From positions 1-16,559 of the forward strand of contig SDNY01000079.1 in NCBI GenBank assembly GCA_004524535.1: 16,559 nucleotides of DNA, read 5' to 3'. Numbering within the stretch: the first letter of the stretch is position 1; each line of letters starts with the position of its first letter. Under the pieces are notes generated by a model that worked only from the letters and a program-made list of their open reading frames with translations, was not told the DNA's origin and searched no databases. The DNA is from Promethearchaeota archaeon. GTDB lineage: Archaea > Asgardarchaeota > Lokiarchaeia > Sigyniarchaeales > SOKP01. Shown piece by piece: positions 9,423 through 16,559 of this stretch. Position numbers and translations under genes: made by a program.

Positions 9423-10190
9423 TTAATGTAGAACGACTCCGCCACATATACTTATACATTGTCCGGTCATATAATTTGAATCGTCTGAAACTAAGTAAGA
9501 AATGATTCCGTTAATATCCTCAGCCGTTCCCACTCTTTCTAAGAGAGGACTCATGTTTATCGATTTCCACATGGATTGACATAAATTAGGATCATTTTTA
9601 TATATTGGTGTAATATGATAACCAGGGCATATTGCGTTCGCAGTTATTACAGGTGCTAATTCTTTTGCGAATGATTTTGTAAGTGAATTTATTGCCGCTT
9701 TGCTACAACTATAGATCCCTAAACTAGGCATTGGTTCTAATCCAGCAAAGGAAGAAACGTTGATAATTTTTCCCCTAAGAGGCGTTAATTTTCTTTGTTT
9801 TTTCATTGCTAATGCAGAATATTTCGATACTAACCAGGTTCCTTTAAAATTTATATCCATTATTTCTTGTGCCTCTGCTTCAGCCATTCTAAGAATTGAG
9901 CGGGGTTTCCCACTAATTCCTGCATTATTGATAACAGCATGAAGCAATTCTGCGTCGTTAATTATTTCCGAAATCATAGACTCTACAAATTTAGAATCTG
10001 AGACATCTCCAGTCTTAATATAAGTCTTCACATTATATTCTTTTAATAGTTCCTGCGTTTCAATCAATTTACTTTCAGTTCTTCCGTTTAAAATGATATT
10101 ATGCCCTTCAGACGCTAATCTTATAGCCATTGCTCTGCCAAGACCAGAGCCAGAACCAGTAATTAAAATATTTTTTGAGTTCAATTTCAA
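9423..10190 (-). CDS. Short-chain dehydrogenase/reductase (FabG-like)
   Basis: TGSGSGLG, NNAG, YSCSK catalytic motif, NAICPG, YMTGQ. Confidence 0.93.
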   Translation of the reverse strand: MKLNSKNILITGSGSGLGRAMAIRLASEGHNIILNGRTESKLIETQELLKEYNVKTYIKTGDVSDSKFVESMISEIINDAELLHAVINNAGISGKPRSILRMAEAEAQEIMDINFKGTWLVSKYSALAMKKQRKLTPLRGKIINVSSFAGLEPMPSLGIYSCSKAAINSLTKSFAKELAPVITANAICPGYHITPIYKNDPNLCQSMWKSINMSPLLERVGTAEDINGIISYLVSDDSNYMTGQCISICGGVVLH

Positions 10191-10260
10191 TTCACCCTTA
10201 TTTTACTATGTTGGATATATACCTTGTGATAATTTTTTTCTCATATTTCATTCTCAATCT

Positions 10261-11046
10261 TCAAAGTTTATAAAGTTCTTGTCTTCGATCTTTAAATAAA
10301 TTATTAAATTCATTTAGAGATTTATTGCGAGCTGCTTTAATATCAATATCAATGATGTCAACAAAAACTTCACTAACAGGAGCAGACGATAAAACCTCAC
10401 CATCAAATGCGGTTATCTGACTAGCTCCAGTAAATATAAACTTATCTTTACCCCTTTCTTCTGTTCCAATACGATTTGCAGTAATTGCAAAAACATGGTT
10501 TTCAAGACAGCGAGTTTTCATTGCATTCTGGCAATATGGAAGAACCAGATTTGCAGAATGTGCAATAATATCTGCACCAAGGAGAGCAAGCGACCTTGCT
10601 GATTCGGGAAAAATCCAATCAAAACATATCATTATTCCAATTTTAACATTATTAACTTCATATATCATAAATTGTTTATTTCCTGGAGAAAACCACATTT
10701 TTTCCTTATTATATAGATGAATTTTTCTATATGTGCCAATTATCTTTTCTTTAAAAATCATCATTGAAGAATTATAGATTTTAGATCCTTCTTTTTCAAC
10801 AAATCCGCCAACAATAATAGCCCCTGTTTTCTGAGAGATCTGCTGTAGAAAAATTGATGTGTCTCCATTTATTTTTTCAGCCAAATTAAGTGCTTCTTCC
10901 TTTGAAATAAAAGTATAACCCGTTGCAAAAAGTTCAGGAAGAACTATTAAATCCGCTTGAATATTATCTATTAACTTTTCGATTTGAGCAAAATTTTTTT
11001 CTTTTTCTCCAAAAAGTGGAGAATTTTGTACATATCCAACTTTCAT
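10261..11046 (-). CDS. Nitrilase-related carbon-nitrogen hydrolase
   Basis: Glu-Lys-Cys triad motifs LPELF, YRKIHL, ICFDW; ANRIG.E. Confidence 0.93.
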   Translation of the reverse strand: MKVGYVQNSPLFGEKEKNFAQIEKLIDNIQADLIVLPELFATGYTFISKEEALNLAEKINGDTSIFLQQISQKTGAIIVGGFVEKEGSKIYNSSMMIFKEKIIGTYRKIHLYNKEKMWFSPGNKQFMIYEVNNVKIGIMICFDWIFPESARSLALLGADIIAHSANLVLPYCQNAMKTRCLENHVFAITANRIGTEERGKDKFIFTGASQITAFDGEVLSSAPVSEVFVDIIDIDIKAARNKSLNEFNNLFKDRRQELYKL

Positions 11047-11229
11047 TTTATTATTTTATTTAAATAAGATAAATTAAAAAAAATCTACTGAAAATCGTAA
11101 TAATAATTAACGAAATTCATCTAATTATTAGAATAATTATTGTCATAAAGCATTTTAAAAACGATTAAATAAAAAGCTATAAGTGAATAAAAATAAAATA
11201 AGAAAAAAAATACTTTGAGAATTAATAAT

Positions 11230-11607
11230 TTAAATTTCTGCTATAGCATCTATTTCAATCAACATTCCTGCTGCGGGTAAATTTGCTATTTCAACTGTTG
11301 TTCTGGCTGGAAATCTCTCATTAACTCCATTATTTTCGAAAAATGTTCTATATATTCTATTCATCTTACCAAAATCTTTAATATTTTTCAAGAAAACAGA
11401 CACTTTTACTATTTTCGAGACTTTTGATCCTGCTACTTCCAGAATTTTTTTAACATTCTCAAGTGCACTTAAAGTTTGTTCTTTTATATCTGTTGTTCCG
11501 GCTGCAGGGCCTTGACCTGAGACAAAAATCAAGTTTCCAACTTTAACACCAGGAGTATAAGGTCCAGCGACAGGAGTTCCGGGATTAAAATATTCAATAT
11601 TTGCCAT
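11230..11607 (-). CDS. ridA: RidA/YjgF family enamine/imine deaminase
   Basis: GPYTPG, FVSGQ, MN.IY..FF, PARTTV (catalytic Arg), IEIDAIA. Confidence 0.9.
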   Translation of the reverse strand: MANIEYFNPGTPVAGPYTPGVKVGNLIFVSGQGPAAGTTDIKEQTLSALENVKKILEVAGSKVSKIVKVSVFLKNIKDFGKMNRIYRTFFENNGVNERFPARTTVEIANLPAAGMLIEIDAIAEI

Positions 11608-11629
11608 ATTCTATATTATGCCTTAAATA

Positions 11630-12709
11630 CTAATAATTTTTTCCCCTTGCTAATATATCCCATTTTGCGATAATTTTACCATCTTTCACAACAGTAAAAA
11701 AATCATATAAATTTACTGTAGTACAAATATGGGATGGATATAATTCAAGCTTTTGTCCAATTTCAAATTTATCTTTAGGACTTGCTCTAAAAATAGAGTG
11801 CTCTTCTGTCATTACTCTAATTTTGCATTTAGGATAATTCTTGAAAATAGGATTACCATTATCATTAGTAGCTGCTTTTAATCCAGCATCAATGGTATAA
11901 TATCTATTTCCAGGAATATTTGTAACTGTACCTAAAACCGTCACAGCTATATTAAATTCTGGAGATACTCTATAGTAATGTTCATCATTGAAGATATAAG
12001 TGCCTGTTTGGAGTTCAGTGATTCCATCATATTTCGCTGAAAATTTATAGGTAACAGTATTACTTGCAGTTAAATAGTCCATATTGAATCCATTATTATT
12101 AAGAATATTTCTTGTATTTACTAATCGCTTCATGCATTCATTTGTTTGTTTTTCCCTTAATTCAGGATCAAGTACTGAAGTTAAATGTCCCTCATACCCC
12201 TGCAATCCTACTAATTTCAAATTAGGCTGTTTTTTGATAAAATTAGCAAGATGAAGTGCGGGTTCTCCGGGTTTTACACCATTTCTTCCCAATCCCACAT
12301 CTACTTCAATTAAAACCTCTAGCTTAACATCTTTTTTAGAAGCAGCTTGATTTAGGTCTAAAATATTTTTTTCAGAATCAACACATACTCTAATTAACGA
12401 TTTTTTATTTAATTCAACCAAGCGTTTAATTTGACTTAGATCAATGACCTGATTAGCAATTAAAATATCGTTGAATCCATTTTGAGCAAAAATTTCAGCT
12501 TCCCCAACTCTTGCTACACAAATACCATTAGCTCCAGCTTCAAGCTGTTTTTTACCAATTATAGGACATTTATGGGTTTTTACGTGAGGTCTTAAACTGA
12601 CATTATTCTCTTTCGCAAATTTAGCCATTGTTTCGATATTTTTCTGCATTAGATCATAATGTAATACCAAAGCAGGTGTAGATATCTCATCCTTCCAATT
12701 TTTCCCCAA
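11630..12709 (-). CDS. Fold-type III PLP enzyme, DSD1/D-threonine aldolase family
   Basis: TPALVL, RPHVKTHK (PLP lysine), EVDVGLGRNG, GYEGH, DAGLKA, EEH, PSHICTTVN. Confidence 0.9.
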   Translation of the reverse strand: MGKNWKDEISTPALVLHYDLMQKNIETMAKFAKENNVSLRPHVKTHKCPIIGKKQLEAGANGICVARVGEAEIFAQNGFNDILIANQVIDLSQIKRLVELNKKSLIRVCVDSEKNILDLNQAASKKDVKLEVLIEVDVGLGRNGVKPGEPALHLANFIKKQPNLKLVGLQGYEGHLTSVLDPELREKQTNECMKRLVNTRNILNNNGFNMDYLTASNTVTYKFSAKYDGITELQTGTYIFNDEHYYRVSPEFNIAVTVLGTVTNIPGNRYYTIDAGLKAATNDNGNPIFKNYPKCKIRVMTEEHSIFRASPKDKFEIGQKLELYPSHICTTVNLYDFFTVVKDGKIIAKWDILARGKNY

Positions 12710-12755
12710 GGTTGATAACTCCTTTTATTTTTTCTAAGAAATTAAAATAAAGAAA

Positions 12756-14573
12756 TTATTTAATATAAGCTCCAAATTGCGGGAATTTTTTCAACTGTTC
12801 AGAATTAAATATTGGTCCCTCTTTACAAACAGAGATGTCATTATTTTCTCCAACACAACATGAACCGCATAAACCAACACCACATTTCATCTTTCGTTCG
12901 AGAGAAGCTTGAACTATGATATTTTTAGATTCAGCAATGTCAAGCACTTTTTTCATCATTATTTCTGGACCACAAGTTATTATTAGATCAATTTTTTCTT
13001 TTTCTATAATTTCCTCAATTTCATCAGTAACAAAACATTTTTTTCCAACCGAACCATCATCAGTGGTACAGAACGTGTTAGGGATGAGTTCTATTAATCT
13101 TTCAGAGAAAATTAATGAAGATTCATCCTTTGCTCCAATTGCAACAAATACATTTTTTTTATTTCTCTTTAAAGGTTCAATTAACGATGTAAGGGCTGCA
13201 ATACCCATACCACCACCAACTATAAGGATATTTTGAGCATCTTCGTAGTTCCATGAATTTCCAAAAGGTCCTCTTATTCCGATATTATCTCCTTCTTTTA
13301 GCTCAAATAATTTAGCAGTGCCCTCGCCAATTTTTTGAACAGTAATTTCAATTAAATTTCCGGCAACTTTAGAAATTGACATAGGTAAGAAATCAATATC
13401 TGGAAGCCATAAAATAACAAATTCTCCAGGACGATAAGCTTGTGCTATTCTTGAACTTCTAATAACAAAACTTTTTATCTCGGGAGAGTGTTCCACGATG
13501 GCTTCTATTTTTGCAATCTCAGTTTTATTTCTTGTTATGTCTAAAATTAGTTCTTCATTATCTTTATCAAGATTTTTTACTTCAAGAATTCCTTTATTTA
13601 CAGATAAATCGAAAACTTCTTGTCCTCTTGGTGTTCTAATTATTATAGTTCTCCAGCCCTCTTCGCTACCGACATTTCCTACAGAGATATCTGCAAATGA
13701 GGCAGTATAATCAGAACACGAAAAACAAGCATGCCTGACTGAATTATCATATAAATAATTTAGAGGAATCTTTTTCTCTCCAGATTCTGTTTTAATTTTC
13801 ATTTTAAAATCGTTTTTAATTGAATTAATAGATTTAATTTCCCTCGAATTTATATCATATTCCTTGAAACATTTTGCTAATTGTTGATTATAAAAGGTAC
13901 CAAAACAAAATGTTCCAATTGCTAATGAAATCAAATCATATGCCTCAAAATCGAAGCCTGGGTGATTTTGTAATTTTCTTAAACCTTGAATTTGACATGG
14001 AGTTCCTACAATTGCTATGTCAGTAAATTCTTTGTTAATAGCATCTCCCACTAAAGAAAGTGAAGGACTTTGGCTAGGTTTATATCCTATACCTTTGAAT
14101 AAATCATTTTGGTTTTCAGCAATCATCGAAAAAGGTCTAAAATTTTCGTCTTTATCAGTTATTATTGAGGCATCAATTAAACCAGCTTCCATTGCTATAT
14201 TTAATAGAACAGTTAAGGGTCCAGCGTGTATCGGAATTTTAGCTGCTGCTTCATCAGTGAGCTTTACTGAAACAATTTTTATATAATGCCCCAAAATTTT
14301 ATCATGTTCTTTACCAAATACCCATTTATCCAAAAGATTTAATGGTATTTGATCTGTTCCGGTTTTTGGACAGACATTATAACATAAACCAAAGCCATCT
14401 CGACAAGTGTTAATATCTTTACATGATCCATCTTCTATAGGAATTTCTTTCTCAGGGTCAAATTTAATATTTGCACAAAACGCTCCACATGCCCCACAGT
14501 AGACGCATTTACCAGTTTTGATGATTTCAGAATCGAGCTCTTGCCATCCTTTTTTTACTTTTTCAATCTGCAT
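12756..14573 (-). CDS. Fusion of FrhB/FdhB-like F420-binding beta subunit and PyrK-like FAD/NAD/[2Fe-2S] electron transfer subunit
   Basis: N-part: CVYCGACGAFC, C..CP, VGTPCQI, GTFCFG, CFSCSD....ADISVG. C-part: RGPFGN, VGGGMGIA, TDDGS.G, CGPE.MM, SLERKMKCGVGLCGSC...CKEGP. ATG at 14573, 1 nt after the upstream stop, is preferred over the ORF-track start at 14594. Confidence 0.9.
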   Translation of the reverse strand: MQIEKVKKGWQELDSEIIKTGKCVYCGACGAFCANIKFDPEKEIPIEDGSCKDINTCRDGFGLCYNVCPKTGTDQIPLNLLDKWVFGKEHDKILGHYIKIVSVKLTDEAAAKIPIHAGPLTVLLNIAMEAGLIDASIITDKDENFRPFSMIAENQNDLFKGIGYKPSQSPSLSLVGDAINKEFTDIAIVGTPCQIQGLRKLQNHPGFDFEAYDLISLAIGTFCFGTFYNQQLAKCFKEYDINSREIKSINSIKNDFKMKIKTESGEKKIPLNYLYDNSVRHACFSCSDYTASFADISVGNVGSEEGWRTIIIRTPRGQEVFDLSVNKGILEVKNLDKDNEELILDITRNKTEIAKIEAIVEHSPEIKSFVIRSSRIAQAYRPGEFVILWLPDIDFLPMSISKVAGNLIEITVQKIGEGTAKLFELKEGDNIGIRGPFGNSWNYEDAQNILIVGGGMGIAALTSLIEPLKRNKKNVFVAIGAKDESSLIFSERLIELIPNTFCTTDDGSVGKKCFVTDEIEEIIEKEKIDLIITCGPEIMMKKVLDIAESKNIIVQASLERKMKCGVGLCGSCCVGENNDISVCKEGPIFNSEQLKKFPQFGAYIK

Positions 14574-14574
14574 C

Positions 14575-15231
14575 TTACTTTTTTTCACCCTCAAGTTCTT
14601 TTAAAAAATATTCTGCTTCGACTTTTCCAAGTTCAAACGCTTCTAAATTTTTTTCTAAAGTGGCTTTTGGTACAAAATTTTTGATAGTCTCAATTGCCGC
14701 TTCCTCGGAGAAAATTTTTGAAAGAGCTGTAAACGCTCCAAATAGAATTGAATTCCCATACACTGTATCTTCAAATTTTTCTAATGCCATTCGCTGAACT
14801 GGTATGCGTAAAGATTTAAATTTTTTTGCTAGCCTGAATTTATTAATTGTGGAAGGATCCCATATTAAATAGCCGGTATTATCTCCTTCTTTCAAAGAAT
14901 CTCGTTTGATATCTTTAGCAGATTCCTCAGAAAGAACAATTAAAAAATCATAAGGCATTAAAGCTTTAGGATAATCTATTTGTTTTGTGTCTCTATCCAA
15001 ATCAACCACAACTTCAGCCCAACACCTTCCACCTTTTGCTAAATCATTCGTTTATAATGATTTTCTAGCAGCGGCACTGTAAGCTTCCGTTTGAGTCGCA
15101 GCTAAATTTTCATATATCGCACTTGCCATTGTTATCATTTTGCTGAGGGTAATAACGCATACCACTTCTAACTGAAGTAATTAGAAGACTTGGCCCCCAT
15201 ATCCAGCGATTCTAATTTCGTATCTTCTCAT
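14575..15231 (-). CDS. 2-oxoacid:ferredoxin oxidoreductase gamma subunit (KorC/PorG family), split into 3 predicted exons: 15231-15189, 15158-15065, 15034-14575
   Basis: Joined exons total 597 nt and give 198 aa: MRRYEIRIAGYGGQGVITLSKMI...TQTEAYSAAARGGRCWAEVVV...N.ILFGA...NLEAFELG. The ORF track only captured the third exon. Confidence 0.92.
15035..15064 (-). other. Predicted 30-nt BHB intron 2 in the gamma-subunit gene
   Basis: TGCT AG^A AAATCATT ATAAACG AATGATTT AGCA AA^A GG: 4-bp helix TGCT/AGCA, two 3-nt bulges, 8-bp inner stem, in-frame TAA at 15054-15052. Confidence 0.88.
15159..15188 (-). other. Predicted 30-nt BHB intron 1 in the gamma-subunit gene
   Basis: GCCA AG^T CTTCTAATT ACTTC AGTTAGAAG TGGT AT^G CG: 4-bp helix GCCA/TGGT, two 3-nt bulges, 9-bp inner stem, in-frame TAA at 15183-15181. 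Confidence 0.88.
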
Positions 15232-15367
15232 TTTTAATCAAAACATATTTAATCTTAATATTTATTATAATATGATAATCTTCAAAAATTTTTAAATTAA
15301 TTAATTCTTGCTAAATCTAAAATAATGAATTATTAACAAGAAAAAGGAAAAAAAATATAAAATATAA

Positions 15368-15544
15368 TTATATTAAGCCGAATTGCCTTAAAGGGTTCTT
15401 CCAACCACAAGAACATTCTTCCGCGTCGGGTTCTATTAGGTTAAAACATTTGGGGCAAGTAATTGTTCCTTCATAGTATGCTTCTTCTATAAAAGGCTGT
15501 AAGTCTTTCACTTTTGCTTTAGTCTTGGATTCCATTTGCTTCAT
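15368..15544 (-). CDS. Small zinc-ribbon protein (58 aa)
   Basis: MKQMESKTKAKVKDLQPFIEEAYYEGTITCPKCFNLIEPDAEECSCGWKNPLRQFGLI; CxxC...CxCG; SD-like GGAGAGTGA upstream. Below the ORF-track length cut-off. Confidence 0.75.
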   Translation of the reverse strand: MKQMESKTKAKVKDLQPFIEEAYYEGTITCPKCFNLIEPDAEECSCGWKNPLRQFGLI

Positions 15545-15694
15545 TCACTCTCCTTTTTTCATTGAATTTAATAAACCATTTGTGAAATAAGTCAAAAATC
15601 TCTCGGCTTTAAATTCCATTGATATTAACTCTTGTTTAATTGTTTTTTGCTGAGGAAGGTCTAAATTTTTATATATATCAATTATTACTTCCAT
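15545..15694 (-). CDS. Short hypothetical ORF (49 aa), possibly the 3' part of a frameshifted gene
   Basis: MEVIIDIYKNLDLPQQKTIKQELISMEFKAERFLTYFTNGLLNSMKKGE; its TGA directly abuts the next ATG; the frame is open upstream to 15814. Confidence 0.35.
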   Translation of the reverse strand: MEVIIDIYKNLDLPQQKTIKQELISMEFKAERFLTYFTNGLLNSMKKGE

Positions 15695-16137
15695 TGTAAT
15701 AAGTTGATTATCGCTTTGTAAAATTAAGATTAAAATCTTTTCTGAGAAATGCTCTGAATTCTCTGAATTGGAAGAGTCAGAGTGAGAATAAATGAAAAAT
15801 CGAACAGAAATGTATCAAATTTTCTTTTCTTCGAAAAAATTTTTTTAAAGTAATATCTTTGCCTATTGTGTATCTTATAATACGAAATTTTTGCCTTTAA
15901 AAAGTATGTGAGAAAATTAATTAAATCTATGTTTAAACTTCCTTAAGATTATTGAAATTTCTAATTTTTTTTAATTTAATTCTGAATTTTTTCATTAGTC
16001 TTTAAATTAAATATCTCTCTAAATATCTAAAAGAGGAAAATTAATGAGATACAAAAATCCTTAAGGGAGATTAAATTTAAATTTCTGAATTCTGATATTA
16101 TCATAGAATAATTAAAAATATTTTTTTTTTTTTAAAA

Positions 16138-16410
16138 ATGGAAGAATTTAAAGTTAATGAGTATATTACGCTGAAATTAGAGGATGGAATAACCAATATC
16201 TATATAAAGGGAGATGACTATCCATATTTGCAATGTAAATATCTCTTAATGAGAAAAACTATCAATGAAATAAAAAATCTTACTGAAAATATAAAATCTA
16301 TCGATGAATTTGCTGAACATTTAGATCATTCATTAGATCCTTCATTAGAAACAGACGAACCTGATTTGATCGATATCCCTCATGAAACCGAATTCTGGGC
16401 ACATTGCTCT
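16138..16410 (+). CDS. 5' exon of a Lokiarchaeia multicopy-family protein (N-terminal domain often preceding leucine-rich repeats)
   Basis: 91 codons: MEEFKVNEYITLKLEDGITNIYIKG...QCKYLL...IKSIDEFAEHLD...ETEFWAHCS. From recall, the family continues NLQxW; here similarity stops at 16410. Confidence 0.75.
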
Positions 16411-16559
16411 GTGCGACATGAAAGCTGTATGGTTGAATGCGGAAACTTGAGAAATAACAATATGGTAAGTCTATCTTTGAATAGACACTCAAGAAGCCGA
16501 CCTCGAGATGGACGAGTGTGGCTACCCAAGCATGCGCCATTAGTAATGATGGTGTATGA
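16411..16559 (+). mobile_element. 5' end (domain I) of a probable group II intron, truncated by the window end
   Basis: Starts with the GUGYG consensus (GTGCGACATGAAAG) exactly where protein similarity breaks. GC content visibly rises. Stems GTCTAT/ATAGAC, AGCC..CTCG/CGAG..GGCT, and a 12-bp G-U-rich stem capped by a GNRA loop (GTAA) at 16531-16558. Confidence 0.78.

Noticed and set aside
1447-14286. Short antisense ORFs (1447-1641, 3699-3887, 3993-4190, 5353-5589, 5896-6135, 7654-7893, 8383-8931, 8409-8600, 9760-9942, 10093-10299, 12916-13236, 13498-13710, 14017-14286)
   Set aside because: Shadows of well-supported genes on the opposite strand, with no recognisable motifs.
14574-14594. ORF-track start for the FrhB-PyrK fusion
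   Set aside because: It overlaps the upstream gene. ATG 14573 lies downstream of a GAGGGTGA SD-like motif and immediately after the upstream stop.
14575-15009. ORF-track 144-aa protein starting at GTG 15009
   Set aside because: It lies within exon 3 of the longer gene and lacks the GxGGQG and ARGG motifs; the ATG is at 15231.
15035-15188. Stop-codon recoding (Sec/Pyl/readthrough) as the explanation for the in-frame stops
   Set aside because: Both stops are TAA, not TGA or TAG, and readthrough would leave 10-aa insertions inside the two most conserved motifs.
15035-15188. Ribosomal bypassing or spliceosomal GT-AG introns
   Set aside because: Insert 1 splits a codon and has no matched take-off/landing codons. 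Neither insert has GT...AG ends. The BHB geometry explains both boundaries exactly.
16298-16540. 80-aa minus-strand ORF
   Set aside because: Antisense to the recognised exon and the putative group II intron; no motifs.

Overview
Very AT-rich archaeal DNA, most likely from an Asgard archaeon (Lokiarchaeia). This inference rests on an Arf/Rag-like small GTPase, a receiver fused to a longin/DENN-like domain, the 'EFKVNEYITLKLE...EFWxHCS' family N-terminus, GGTGA-type SD motifs and many TTG starts. Gene content: Lrp/AsnC and ArsR regulators, a small GTPase, a response regulator, two PAS histidine kinases, an M29-like aminopeptidase, an SDR, a nitrilase, and a minus-strand run of 2-oxoacid:ferredoxin oxidoreductase gamma subunit, FrhB-PyrK fusion, DSD1/D-threonine aldolase and RidA. 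Main discovery: the gamma-subunit gene (14575-15231, minus) is interrupted by two unrelated 30-nt inserts. Each carries an in-frame TAA and folds with its exon flanks into a bulge-helix-bulge (BHB) motif. Cutting at the standard tRNA-splicing-endonuclease positions exactly restores the conserved GxGGQG and ARGG motifs, so these are candidate mRNA introns in an archaeal metabolic gene. About 1.2 kb away, the last gene appears to be interrupted at a conserved motif by the 5' end of a group II intron (GTGCG at 16411). All calls come from reading the sequence by eye; no searches or folding programs were run.
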